64,000 nt of DNA from an uncultured Chloroflexia bacterium (GCA_963724295.1 CAVRUC010000011.1:1-64000); one strand, 5' to 3'; counted from the first letter of the stretch, positions 10,271 through 19,285 are shown. The notes: generated from the letters alone by a model not told the origin. Numbers and translations: made by a program.

Positions 10271-10546
10271 ATGAACTATCGTCGTATTACGGAGTTGTTG
10301 GGTGGGGCCGGCGCGGCGGCTGGCGCGGTTGCGGTTGGCACGGAGATCGCGCAAGCGCAAGAAGATCTCGGGGCGAGCATCTCCAGTGCCGTGGAGGGTT
10401 CGGTCGCGTCCATCGCCACGAACAGCGGCGGCACCGTCACTGGTGGCGTGAGCACCGAGACCAACTCGGTCGAGCTCGGCGAGCAGACCGGCACCGCCAT
10501 TGCGGATGCGAGCGGCGGCAACAATAACCTGTCTTTCGTCAGCTGA
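10271..10546 (+). CDS. Small, probably secreted protein, AIxDASGGxxN family (paralogue 2)
   Basis: Leader ending AQAQ; C-terminal AIADASGGNNNLSFVS. Confidence 0.8.
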   Translation: MNYRRITELLGGAGAAAGAVAVGTEIAQAQEDLGASISSAVEGSVASIATNSGGTVTGGVSTETNSVELGEQTGTAIADASGGNNNLSFVS

Positions 10547-10549
10547 GGC

Positions 10550-10558
10550 TGATATACT
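10550..10558 (+). promoter_or_regulatory. Extended -10 promoter (TGnTATACT) for paralogue 3 transcript
   Basis: TGATATACT just after the paralogue 2 stop codon. Confidence 0.55.
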
Positions 10559-10563
10559 TAGTA

Positions 10564-10898
10564 GCAATCCCCGCAGGGGTTTTGCGGTCAACGTCCGGCA
10601 GTTGTGAGGTTCAGGAGGTTCTCGAGTTACCACCCGTTGTGAAACGGTAGCCATCTCTGGCAGGCAATCCGACGGGAGAAGGTCAGCAACACGCGCGGTC
10701 GCCGGGAGCCGTAAACCGGTGAGCAATGCGCGACGAGCTGTACTTCTCTGCTTGGCCAGTGAGGTAGACACGAGACGGGCGGTCACGCCAGAACCAAACG
10801 AATCGAGCGGGACACCGGCGCACCGGTTTCGAGTCCGGGAGGGCTCGAGTCAACAGCGGAAGGGCTCCGAGGGGGGCCACTAGGGAGGGCGTAAGGAA
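10564..10898 (+). ncRNA. Candidate structured leader RNA, family unrecognised
   Basis: At least 7 hand-identified stems, including CCGTT-GTGA-AACGG (GNRA loop) and long-range CTCGAGTT/GGCTCGAG pairing; no plausible ORF. Confidence 0.45.
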
Positions 10899-11156
10899 AT
10901 GCAGTTCACAGATACCGCTTCTGCAGGTAACGGCGGCGTTGCTACCGCTTCCGCCAATGGCGGCGCGGTTGCTATCGGCGACGTCAACAGCGGCGGCAAT
11001 GCCGGCAGCGCCATCGGCGTTGGCGACACCTGGGGCACGGTTGCTGTCGACGGCGGCAGCATGGCCAACAGCACCACGCTGGGCATCTCCGCCAATGGCG
11101 GCACCGCCATCGCGGACGCCTCCGGTGGCGATTACAACCTGGCCTTCGTCAGCTAG
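10899..11156 (+). CDS. Small Gly/Ala/Asn-rich protein, AIxDASGGxxN family (paralogue 3), no signal peptide
   Basis: AAGGA RBS; internal SA(G)NGG repeats; ends AIADASGGDYNLAFVS. Confidence 0.85.
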   Translation: MQFTDTASAGNGGVATASANGGAVAIGDVNSGGNAGSAIGVGDTWGTVAVDGGSMANSTTLGISANGGTAIADASGGDYNLAFVS

Positions 11157-11192
11157 AACGCACTGGGTTCGCCCGGTCGTTCACGAGCGACG

Positions 11193-11234
11193 ACATTCGG
11201 GGGGAGCGGATTCCGCTCTCCCCGAATGTTTTTT
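11193..11234 (+). terminator. Rho-independent terminator
   Basis: ACATTCGGGGGGAGCGGA / TCCGCTCTCCCCGAATGT stem followed by T-run. Confidence 0.85.
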
Positions 11235-11237
11235 GTT

Positions 11238-11906
11238 GTGTCCTCTGAGCTGATTGCCCGGCATCCGCCACCTGACACCCACGATGCCCAAGCGACGCTG
11301 GAGACCGTGCAGCGGGAGATCGCGGCCTGCACGCTTTGCGTCGAGGCGGGCTTCATTCCTCTGTCACTGCCAATATTTCACGGACATGCGGCGCAGCGGC
11401 TGATGATCGTGGGGCAAGCGCCAGGGCCATCAGCGGGGGAGAGACCGCTACCCTACACCGGCGCCACCGGGCGCACCCTGCAACGGTGGCTCGAGCAGGC
11501 GGGGTTTCCGCCCGAGGCGCTCCATCGCGACTTCTACCTGACCAGCCTCACCAAGTGCTTCCCGGGTCCGGCGACTGGAACCGGGGCGAAGGGGGATCGT
11601 CCGCCGTCCGCCAGGGAGATCGCGCTCTGCGCGCGGCATCTCGACCGTGAGGTGGCGCTGGTGCGGCCCAAGATCATCGTCTCGCTGGGGCGGCTGGCCG
11701 CGGAACGCCTCGATCCGACGGCGCGGAGATTGCCGCTGATCGACCTCGTGGGAACCCTCCGTCCAGTTGAACGGGCGGGGCACGCTTTCCGTCTGCTGCC
11801 GCTGCCACATCCCTCCGGGGTCTCGCGCTGGTTGAACGACCCAGCCCATTCGGCGCGGCTGGATGTGGCATTGACGGTCCTGGGGCGAGAAGTGTTGAGT
11901 CGGTAA
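11238..11906 (+). CDS. Uracil-DNA glycosylase family protein (start uncertain)
   Basis: CTLC, IVGQAPG, YLTSLTKCFPG, DRPPS, LPHPSG. Confidence 0.88.
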   Translation: MSSELIARHPPPDTHDAQATLETVQREIAACTLCVEAGFIPLSLPIFHGHAAQRLMIVGQAPGPSAGERPLPYTGATGRTLQRWLEQAGFPPEALHRDFYLTSLTKCFPGPATGTGAKGDRPPSAREIALCARHLDREVALVRPKIIVSLGRLAAERLDPTARRLPLIDLVGTLRPVERAGHAFRLLPLPHPSGVSRWLNDPAHSARLDVALTVLGREVLSR

Positions 11907-12008
11907 GTCGGTAAGTCGGTAAGTGGAGAAGAAAGACGGTAAGACGGCAAGACGGCGAGTCATAAGTCGTAGGAAAGTCCATAGCCGGTAGCCCATCACC
12001 CATCACCC
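11898..12008. repeat. Short tandem repeats GTCGGTAA x3, AAGACGGY x3, CCCATCA
   Basis: Direct reading; related 8-mers at 7285-7327, 38266-38290, 40466-40505, 42822-42855, 45362-45391, 45607-45650. Confidence 0.85.
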
Positions 12009-12113
12009 CCGTTTGGCCTTGGGCGGGGGGCCGCGTATCCTTTAATTCTGGAACGACTCGATGGTCAGCGCGTGGGGAGCCTCAATGGGTGAGGGTCGCT
12101 CCAACCCGTCCCT

Positions 12114-14606
12114 ATGCCGCGCCCAGCCGAGGGACGCCCACGCCGGTGGAGCGAGGTGAGCGGCGAGCCCCCTGACGGGCGGGCGCCGGATAGTTCATTG
12201 TCCCCGCTCACGCGGGGTCCCCTTCAGCCTGGGGTCCAAGTCCCTGGTCAAGACCCTTCGGGTGCCCGGTCCCCGATTCCCCAGTCACCTGGGGTCCAAG
12301 TCCCCGCTCACGCGGGGTCCCCTTTCCCGAGACGCTCGGCGTTTACCCGGCTCGGTGCGGCGGTGGCGCGCTACCACTGGCTCGTGGTTGCCGTCTGGGT
12401 CGTCGTCGTAGTCGGCAGCGCGCTCCTGGTGCCGCGCTTTCAATCGTCTGTCACGGGACCCCCGCTCGATGTTCTGGCTTCTGATTCCTATCGAGCGCAG
12501 GAGATCCTGGCAACGCGTTTCGACCAGCCATTCGCTGAGCAAGATCTGATCGTCTTCGAATCGGAGAGCCTGGTCGCAACCGATCTCGCATATCAGGCTG
12601 TCATCGGCACGGCGCTCGACCGTGTCGAGGAGCTCCCCGGCGTCGTCAACGTCATCGGGCCGTTCGATCCTCGAGCCGAGGGTCTGGTCGCCGAAGAAGG
12701 TCATGTTGCCACAGCGGTCGTCGGGTTGAGTGGATCTAACGCGGACCGCCAGGCGCTGGCTCCGCGACTGAACCAGGCGGCCACATCGGCGGCGACAGAC
12801 GAGGTACGTGTCTACGTGACCGGTCGCTCACCGCTGATCGCCGAGCTGGTCACGCAGCAGGAGGCGGACCTGTCGCGGGCGGAACGGTTGGGACTGCCAA
12901 TCGCGCTCCTGATCCTTCTGGTCTCCTCCGGCGCGGTGATCGCGGCCGGTCTGCCGCTGGTACTGGCGATGTCCGGAGTGATCGTCACCCTTGGCACGCT
13001 CGGCGCGGCGTCGACATTCACCGAGTTCAACCTGTTCGTCCCGAACATTGCCTCCATGATCGGGCTCGGCGTCGGGATCGACTACGCGTTGTTCATCGTC
13101 AACCGTTTCCGGGAGGAACTGGTCCGGGGCGCCGATCCCAAGCTAGCGGTCATGACGACGACCGCGACGGCCGGCAGAACCGTTCTGTTCTCCGGGTTGA
13201 CGGTCCTCCTCTCGCTGGCGGGCCTCCTCCTGGTCGAGGCGCGCATCTTCCGGGAGCTGGCGCTAGGGGCGATGACGGCCGTGGCGGTCATGGTGCTGGG
13301 CGCCCTGACGCTGGTGCCCGCGCTCCTGTCCTGGCTGGGCCCCCGGGTCAATGCCCTGCGCGTGCCGGGGCGAAGTCAACAATCGGTCAGCTTTGGCGGA
13401 GACCGGTTCTGGAGTGGCTGGGCACGGATGATCATGCGGCAGCCGCGGCAATGGGCGACGGTGGCGATCGTCATCCTGCTGGTCCTGGCGGCGCCGATCA
13501 CCCGCCTCAATCTGTCACTCGACACAGGAACCAGCGATATTCGCGAGCAATCGGCCGGACTGGGACGCGAGATCCTGGAGCGGGAGTTCAACGAAGGACG
13601 GATATCGCCGCTGCAGGTGGTCTACATCAGCAACGATGGTCCGCTAGACGAGGCGGATCTCGACGCCATCGCCCGCCTCTCCGAGCTGCTCAGCAACGAT
13701 TACGCGGTCGTCGCGGTCACCTCCGTGACGACACTGCTCGATCGCTTCGTCGGCGACCACTCGGCCGAGTCACTCGAGTTGGCCGCGGGTTTCCCGCAGG
13801 TGGTCGAAGCGTCTGGAGACCTCATCAATCTGGCGAGTGGCGGCGACGTCGCGGTCATCCGCGCCGTACCCCGCTGGTCACCCGACTCTCCGGGACCGCT
13901 CCAGCTCGTGTCGCGGATCCGCGACGTCATGGTGCCCAACGTGCTCGAAACCCAGCATGTGAATGCAGAGGTGCTCGTCGGCGGTCTGAGCGCCCAGATC
14001 GTCGATATCACCACTGAATCGCTGCACAAGCTGCCGGTGGTCGTCGGTCTGGTGGTGGTGCTTTCGTTCGTGCTCCTGGCGCTGGTCTTCCGCAGCATCG
14101 CCATCCCGATCAAGGCCATCCTGATGAATGTGCTCGGGATCACCGCCGCCTATGGTCTGCTGGTCGTCGTTTTCCAGGAGGGGGCCGGGGCCCGGCTCTT
14201 CGATTTTCACGCGACGGGAACCACACAGGTGTATCTGCCGCTGCTCACCTTCGCCGTCCTCTTCGGCCTCTCAATGGACTACGAAGTCTTTCTCCTGGGG
14301 CGGGTCAAGGAGGAATGGGAGAAAACCAGGGACAATCAGGCGGCCGTCGAGCGCGGGCTGCAACGGACCGGCGCCGTGATTACGGCGGCCGCGGCGATCA
14401 TGGTCTCCGTCTTCGCCGCGTTCACCTTCGCGCGGCTCACCGAGGTCAAGACGCTCGGATTTTCCCTGGCGGCCGCCGTGCTCATCGACGCCACACTGAT
14501 CCGCATCATCCTCGTCCCGGCCGCGATGCAGCTGCTGGGTCGCTGGAATTGGTGGTTCCCGCCCTGGCTGGATCGCCGGCTGCCGCGGATCGATCTGACG
14601 GAGTGA
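12114..14606 (+). CDS. MMPL family (RND) transporter (start uncertain)
   Basis: GLGVGIDYALFIVNRFREE, TAGRTVLFSG, FGLSMDYEVFLL, DATLIR..LVPA..LLG.WNWW.P. Confidence 0.93.
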   Translation: MPRPAEGRPRRWSEVSGEPPDGRAPDSSLSPLTRGPLQPGVQVPGQDPSGARSPIPQSPGVQVPAHAGSPFPRRSAFTRLGAAVARYHWLVVAVWVVVVVGSALLVPRFQSSVTGPPLDVLASDSYRAQEILATRFDQPFAEQDLIVFESESLVATDLAYQAVIGTALDRVEELPGVVNVIGPFDPRAEGLVAEEGHVATAVVGLSGSNADRQALAPRLNQAATSAATDEVRVYVTGRSPLIAELVTQQEADLSRAERLGLPIALLILLVSSGAVIAAGLPLVLAMSGVIVTLGTLGAASTFTEFNLFVPNIASMIGLGVGIDYALFIVNRFREELVRGADPKLAVMTTTATAGRTVLFSGLTVLLSLAGLLLVEARIFRELALGAMTAVAVMVLGALTLVPALLSWLGPRVNALRVPGRSQQSVSFGGDRFWSGWARMIMRQPRQWATVAIVILLVLAAPITRLNLSLDTGTSDIREQSAGLGREILEREFNEGRISPLQVVYISNDGPLDEADLDAIARLSELLSNDYAVVAVTSVTTLLDRFVGDHSAESLELAAGFPQVVEASGDLINLASGGDVAVIRAVPRWSPDSPGPLQLVSRIRDVMVPNVLETQHVNAEVLVGGLSAQIVDITTESLHKLPVVVGLVVVLSFVLLALVFRSIAIPIKAILMNVLGITAAYGLLVVVFQEGAGARLFDFHATGTTQVYLPLLTFAVLFGLSMDYEVFLLGRVKEEWEKTRDNQAAVERGLQRTGAVITAAAAIMVSVFAAFTFARLTEVKTLGFSLAAAVLIDATLIRIILVPAAMQLLGRWNWWFPPWLDRRLPRIDLTE

Positions 14607-14745
14607 GAGGGTGACGGGGTGGCAGGGTGGCAGGGAGAACGACGTCTCACCTCCTGCCACCCTGCCACCACGAGCGAAGCGAGTAACCACCCTAACACCG
14701 TGAGCGCAGCGAACACCCACCGTGAGCGAAGCGAACACTCACCGC
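14607..14745. repeat. Composite intergenic repeat with three GAGCGnAGCGA units
   Basis: Same family as 3229-3370. Confidence 0.85.
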
Positions 14746-14760
14746 GACCGCAGGGAGCAA

Positions 14761-15558
14761 TCACCTCGTCAAAATCCGCTCCAACGCCGCGCCCGACGCC
14801 GCCGCCAGTTGCAACCGGGCCGCCCACATGGCGGGGGTATCGAAGGTGGCGCGGGTCCAGGCCGCGAGCCCGCCGGCCGAGGTGATCTCGGCGGTGTGAA
14901 AATCGGGTGTCTCCCACTCCAGGCCCTCGCAGCGTAGACCGCGGAGTCTGCTGGTATCGCGGCGCAGGATCAGCGCGGGCCACTCGAGATCGGTGGCAGC
15001 CGATGGCTCACGCGAACCGGCGAGGATGATCTCCGCCGCTTCCGGGGTGAGCCAGGCGGCCCCGGCCACCGCATCGAGAGGGCGTCCGGCAGCCGTCGAC
15101 AGCGCGCGATTGGTCGCCGTCTCCGGTAGCCGCTGGGCGGCCGGGTGGGTGGCGAAAGCGCGCGCGGTGCGCCCCAGGCAGATGTACCAGGGCGGGATGC
15201 GCTTGCTGCTGAGCCGCGCTACACGCGCCGGCAGCGCGGCCAGCTCTTGCGGCCAGAACCGCACCCAGTGCAGCCAGCGGTCAAAATCACAGCAGAAATA
15301 GCCGGGCTGATCTCCCGCGGCCGTCAGTGCCGCGCGGCGACCTTCGCCGGCTTGCCCGCCGGGGACGACATGGGCGCCCAGCTGTTCGAGCCGGGTCATT
15401 AGACGCGCGTCGGTGGCGGGCGACGCCGCGATGACGACCTGCGGGTAGGTCGCTAGGGCGGACGTGACCGCGGCAAGGCCACCGTCAATGAGCGGGAGGA
15501 AGGTTCCCTGCGGATCGTGCAGGGTCGCCACGAGGGCCGGTGCTGGAGATGCCCTCAC
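14761..15558 (-). CDS. Conserved hypothetical protein (possibly degenerate glycosyltransferase-like)
   Basis: TLHDP, CDFDRWLHW, GRTARAFATHP, TDLEWP, GLEWETPD. Confidence 0.65.
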   Translation of the reverse strand: MRASPAPALVATLHDPQGTFLPLIDGGLAAVTSALATYPQVVIAASPATDARLMTRLEQLGAHVVPGGQAGEGRRAALTAAGDQPGYFCCDFDRWLHWVRFWPQELAALPARVARLSSKRIPPWYICLGRTARAFATHPAAQRLPETATNRALSTAAGRPLDAVAGAAWLTPEAAEIILAGSREPSAATDLEWPALILRRDTSRLRGLRCEGLEWETPDFHTAEITSAGGLAAWTRATFDTPAMWAARLQLAAASGAALERILTR

Positions 15559-15664
15559 CCCTACCCGCCACCCGCTTCGCGGATACCCGGCCCAGTGCGT
15601 TGAGGAGAGGGGAAACGCACAGCGGGTAATGACCTATGCCGGCAGTCATCAACCAGATCGCGGA

Positions 15665-16543
15665 TCAGCGGCGTCTGCCCTTCCGGTCCAGTGCTCCCCG
15701 GTCGTCGATACGGGTGCCGCGCCGCAGCCAGCGCGGCCGTCTGCTCCCGCGCTCGCGGCCGGCGGCGGGGGCATCCCCGTCACCGTCGCCGCGTCGCCGG
15801 CGCAAGCTGCGGCCGGGGCGCTCCTCGTCTTCACGCTCGATGGTAAAGACGGCGTACGGGGCGCGGATGACCGACTGCGCGACGTTGCGCACCGGGACGC
15901 CGCCGTGGGTCGTCCCGGCCAGCGATCCGTGGTGGGCGTGACCGTGCAGCACCAGATCGGCGCCGGAGCGATCGATCGCCTCGCCGAGCATCGAGTTGCC
16001 GAGGAACGGGTACAGCTCCAACCGCTCGCCGTCGAGCGTCTCCGGGATGGGGGCGTAGTGCAGCAAGACGATGCGAACGTCGCCGACGAGCGCGGTGAGG
16101 ATGTCCTCCAGCGTTTCCGCCTCCGCCTCGGCGTGACGGATCCAGGCCTTCATCTCGGACTCGCCGAAATCGTCAGCCAGCGCGGCGTCGTAGCCCCCGC
16201 CGAAGCCTTTGGTGCCGGCGATGGCGACTCGTTGCCCGGCGACGTCGAGGACGATGCTGCCGCGGTCGAGCACGTGGATTCCGGCGTCTTTCAGGATGGT
16301 GGTGATGGCCGGAGCCTGATCGGAGTGATAGTCGTGGTTGCCGAGCACGGCGACGACGGGGATCCCGACCTCGGCCAGCTCGGCGACAAGGATCTCGGCC
16401 TCGGCCGGTTTCCCGGCGCGAGTGAGATCACCGGCCAGGAAGAGGATGTCCGCCTCATCGCGCAGCCCGGTCAGGAGCGGCGCGAGCGCTCCCGCGGTCT
16501 CAGGCCCGGCATGGATATCGGCGACGGCGGCAACACGGATCAT
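15665..16543 (-). CDS. Calcineurin-like metallophosphoesterase
   Basis: DIH, GDLT, GNHD, HGHAH motifs. Confidence 0.9.
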   Translation of the reverse strand: MIRVAAVADIHAGPETAGALAPLLTGLRDEADILFLAGDLTRAGKPAEAEILVAELAEVGIPVVAVLGNHDYHSDQAPAITTILKDAGIHVLDRGSIVLDVAGQRVAIAGTKGFGGGYDAALADDFGESEMKAWIRHAEAEAETLEDILTALVGDVRIVLLHYAPIPETLDGERLELYPFLGNSMLGEAIDRSGADLVLHGHAHHGSLAGTTHGGVPVRNVAQSVIRAPYAVFTIEREDEERPGRSLRRRRGDGDGDAPAAGRERGSRRPRWLRRGTRIDDRGALDRKGRRR

Positions 16544-16772
16544 TCATCCATTCTGCCACGAGTGAGCGGGTGGCGCCGCGCTCAGGCGCCGGCTGGGAGC
16601 GGCGTCATGTTCCGCGCGGCAATCTCGTTGCTCATCGGCGGCCGTGAGGGAAACGGGGCTCGGGCGTCGCACGTTGATGTTGATAGAGAGCGCACGAGCG
16701 ACCCGTCATCGCGTGTGCGGGTACAGTTCGTGTCGTCAGCTATCCGCCAAACCCCGCACAGGAAGGTTCTCC

Positions 16773-17333
16773 ATGAAGCGGCTCATCATTGCGGCCGTCG
16801 GTCTCAGCCTGGGGCTGGTGGGACTGCACGGTGATGTCCTGGCCCAGACGAACAGTGGCGTGGTTGTCATGGACGACGCCAGCGGCACCGACGGCAGCAG
16901 CGGCACCTGCAACGTGTCCGGCCCTCTCAGAGACCGGACGGTCACGTGCACCGATCTGCGCCCAGGCCGTGGGGTCACGGTTATCGACCCGGGCATAGAG
17001 ACTGCCCCGGTCGCCACGGAGCCAGCTCCAACTCCGGCGCCACCCCCTGAGGCGGCAAGTGCACCGGAGACGACCAACACGGCGGTCGCCAGCGCGACCG
17101 ATCAGGACGCGGACAACGCGCCGGACGAGCTGGAGCCGGGCCTCGGCCTCGATCCCACCAATGCCGACACGGATGGCGACCATGCCGCCGATGGGGATGA
17201 GATCAACATCTACGGGACCGACCCGACGCGGGCCGATACCGATGGCGACGGCGCTAGCGACGGCGAGGAGCTCTTCGCCACCTACACCGATCCGCTCGTC
17301 TGGGATGATTTCAGTAGCGAGGGCGCTCCGTAA
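16773..17333 (+). CDS. Secreted protein with Ca-binding DxDxDG (TSP3-like) repeats
   Basis: Signal peptide; DQDADN, DTDGDH..DGDE, GTDP..ADTDGDG..DGEE. Confidence 0.8.
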   Translation: MKRLIIAAVGLSLGLVGLHGDVLAQTNSGVVVMDDASGTDGSSGTCNVSGPLRDRTVTCTDLRPGRGVTVIDPGIETAPVATEPAPTPAPPPEAASAPETTNTAVASATDQDADNAPDELEPGLGLDPTNADTDGDHAADGDEINIYGTDPTRADTDGDGASDGEELFATYTDPLVWDDFSSEGAP

Positions 17334-17370
17334 CGCCTCCGCGGCACTCAACCACGTTTCCCTGAAAGAC

Positions 17371-17390
17371 GGACACGGCATGCCGTGCCC
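17371..17390. repeat. REP-like palindrome GGRCRCGGCATGCCGYGCCC
   Basis: Second copy at ~38220-38241. Confidence 0.6.
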
Positions 17391-17464
17391 TTACCCCGCT
17401 CCTGAGTTTGCCCCATCTCCTCGGGCACCGGATCATTGCGCCTGGACCCGCGGGGAGGGCAACG

Positions 17465-18154
17465 ATGGCGAGCAAGCAGGCGCAGACCGAGGTCTATCTG
17501 GAAGTCGGGCGGAAGAAGATCTTTGCCGGGGCGCTCGACTGGCCAGGCTGGTGCCGAAGTGGGCGAGACGAGGAGACGGCGCTCGCGGCGCTTGCGGCGT
17601 ACGCACCGCGCTATGCCCGGATCTTCTCGCGCACGGCGATCGACTTCGTGCCGCCAGACGATCCCGCCGACTTCGCGGTCGTCGAGCGGCTAGCCGGCAC
17701 CAGCACGACCGATTTCGGGGCCCCGGAAGTCGCGCCCGCGCGCGACAGGGAGCCATTCGACGAGGCCGCGCGAGAGCGCTGCGAGGCGGTCCTGGGGGCG
17801 GTCTGGCGTGCGTTCGATCGGGCGGTGAAGGCGGCGGAGGGAAAGGAACTGCGAAAGGGCCCGCGCGGCGGTGGCCGCGAGCGGGACGGGATCGTGCGGC
17901 ATGTCCTCGGGGCTGACGCAGCATACCTGCGCCGCCTCGCGCAGAAGTTCAGCCAGGACGACGGGGCGCCTTTGGATGACGAGTTGCGGCGGACGCGCGC
18001 GGCGATCCGCGCGGCGCTGGCGGCCGGGGCCCGTGGGGAGATCCCGCCCGAGGGGCCACGCGGTGGCGCGCTCTGGACGCCGCACTACTTCGTGCGGCGC
18101 GTCGCCTGGCACACCGTCGATCACCTCTGGGAGATCGAGGATCGTATCGTCTGA
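17465..18154 (+). CDS. Hypothetical protein (HicB-like N-terminus, DinB-like C-terminus)
   Basis: ALDWPGWCRSGRDEETAL; RRVAWHTVDHLWEIEDR. Confidence 0.65.
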   Translation: MASKQAQTEVYLEVGRKKIFAGALDWPGWCRSGRDEETALAALAAYAPRYARIFSRTAIDFVPPDDPADFAVVERLAGTSTTDFGAPEVAPARDREPFDEAARERCEAVLGAVWRAFDRAVKAAEGKELRKGPRGGGRERDGIVRHVLGADAAYLRRLAQKFSQDDGAPLDDELRRTRAAIRAALAAGARGEIPPEGPRGGALWTPHYFVRRVAWHTVDHLWEIEDRIV

Positions 18155-18226
18155 GCGGCGAGGATCTTGTCCTCTCCTCCGCCAGAATCTGGAGCGAGGA
18201 TCTCCATCTGCGATGAGCCCCGAGCG

Positions 18227-19285
18227 TTAGCAGCTTCCCGCCGCGACCGGCGTGGCCACGGGGGTGCCCGGTGCCTCGGCAGCGCCCGGGATCGGCACCG
18301 AGGAGACGGTGAAGGGCAACTGAGGTTGGCCCTGCTGCTGGCTGAATTGGGAATTGACCACCAGCAGACAGCCATCGAAGCGAGCCAGGGTGGTCGGATC
18401 GATGAAGCTGGGATCGGTGAAGCTCGCTCCCACCGTGCCCGTGGCAAAGTCGGGGCTCAGCGCGACCCCCGTCACCTGCCCTTCGCGCACCACCCAGAGC
18501 GTCTGTCCTTCGAGCGCCAACCCATCCCCGCCAGAGAGACTCTCCTCCCCTAGTTCGACCTGGATCGTCTCCCCCGTTGCCGCATCGACCCGGTAGAGCG
18601 CACCGGTGTTGGTCTGCACGATGAGGAGATACCGCCCATCGGGGGTGGCCACTATGCCGTTGGCATTGAACCCGGTTTGCACCAGATCGAACCCGGTGGT
18701 GGTGAAGTCGACGGCGACCGCCAGCGCATCGGTCGTGGGAACCGGAGCCGGGGTGCCGACGCCGGCGGGGATCGCCGTGGCCGGCAGCCGAAAGAGCAGC
18801 GGGTTGAACGAGTCAGTGATGTAGGCATCGCCGGTGGGGCTGACGTCGACGTCGTTGAGGAAGGTGTTGGGGGCCAGGCCATTGGCGACCTCCAGCAGGA
18901 GCTGGCCGGTGGCCGTGTCGTAGACGGTCACGGCGCCCGTCCCGCCACCGGCCACGAATAGCCGGCCACCTTCATCCAGCGCCAGCCCGACGGCGACCCG
19001 TCCCGGACTGCTGGGCACAAAGACTTCGACCATGCCGGTCTGGACATTGCCGCGGTAGATGGTGCCGTCTTCGGTGCTGCCGACGTAGAAGTCGCCCGTT
19101 ACTTCGTCGTAGGCGACTCCCTCCGGGAAGCCACCCCCGGCCGGCAGGGCGAAGACCCGCCCGCCGCCGGGGAGCGGAGTGGCGGGTACCGCCGTCTCCT
19201 GGGCAAACGTGGCAGGAGCGACGGAACTGCCGGCGAGGAGCGCAAGCAGGACAACGATCAGACGGACGATTGCGGGGGTGAACAT
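18227..19285 (-). CDS. Secreted SMP-30/gluconolactonase-like beta-propeller protein
   Basis: Signal peptide; FPEGVAYD, FLNDV, NANGIVATPDG, GDGL, PTT..VVNSQF. Confidence 0.85.
   Translation of the reverse strand: MFTPAIVRLIVVLLALLAGSSVAPATFAQETAVPATPLPGGGRVFALPAGGGFPEGVAYDEVTGDFYVGSTEDGTIYRGNVQTGMVEVFVPSSPGRVAVGLALDEGGRLFVAGGGTGAVTVYDTATGQLLLEVANGLAPNTFLNDVDVSPTGDAYITDSFNPLLFRLPATAIPAGVGTPAPVPTTDALAVAVDFTTTGFDLVQTGFNANGIVATPDGRYLLIVQTNTGALYRVDAATGETIQVELGEESLSGGDGLALEGQTLWVVREGQVTGVALSPDFATGTVGASFTDPSFIDPTTLARFDGCLLVVNSQFSQQQGQPQLPFTVSSVPIPGAAEAPGTPVATPVAAGSC

Noticed and set aside
10564..10898. Group I/II intron or RNase P RNA
   Set aside because: GAGCCGTA is not followed by a domain V helix; no group I P/Q/R/S or RNase P P4 motifs; flanking genes are complete
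9751..11156. Three paralogues as RiPP precursors
   Set aside because: No modifying enzyme, peptidase or dedicated exporter adjacent; conservation is C-terminal rather than in a leader
3229..14760. Repeated GAGCGnAGCGA units as a CRISPR array
   Set aside because: Copies are dispersed between genes, have no unique equal-length spacers, and no cas genes are present
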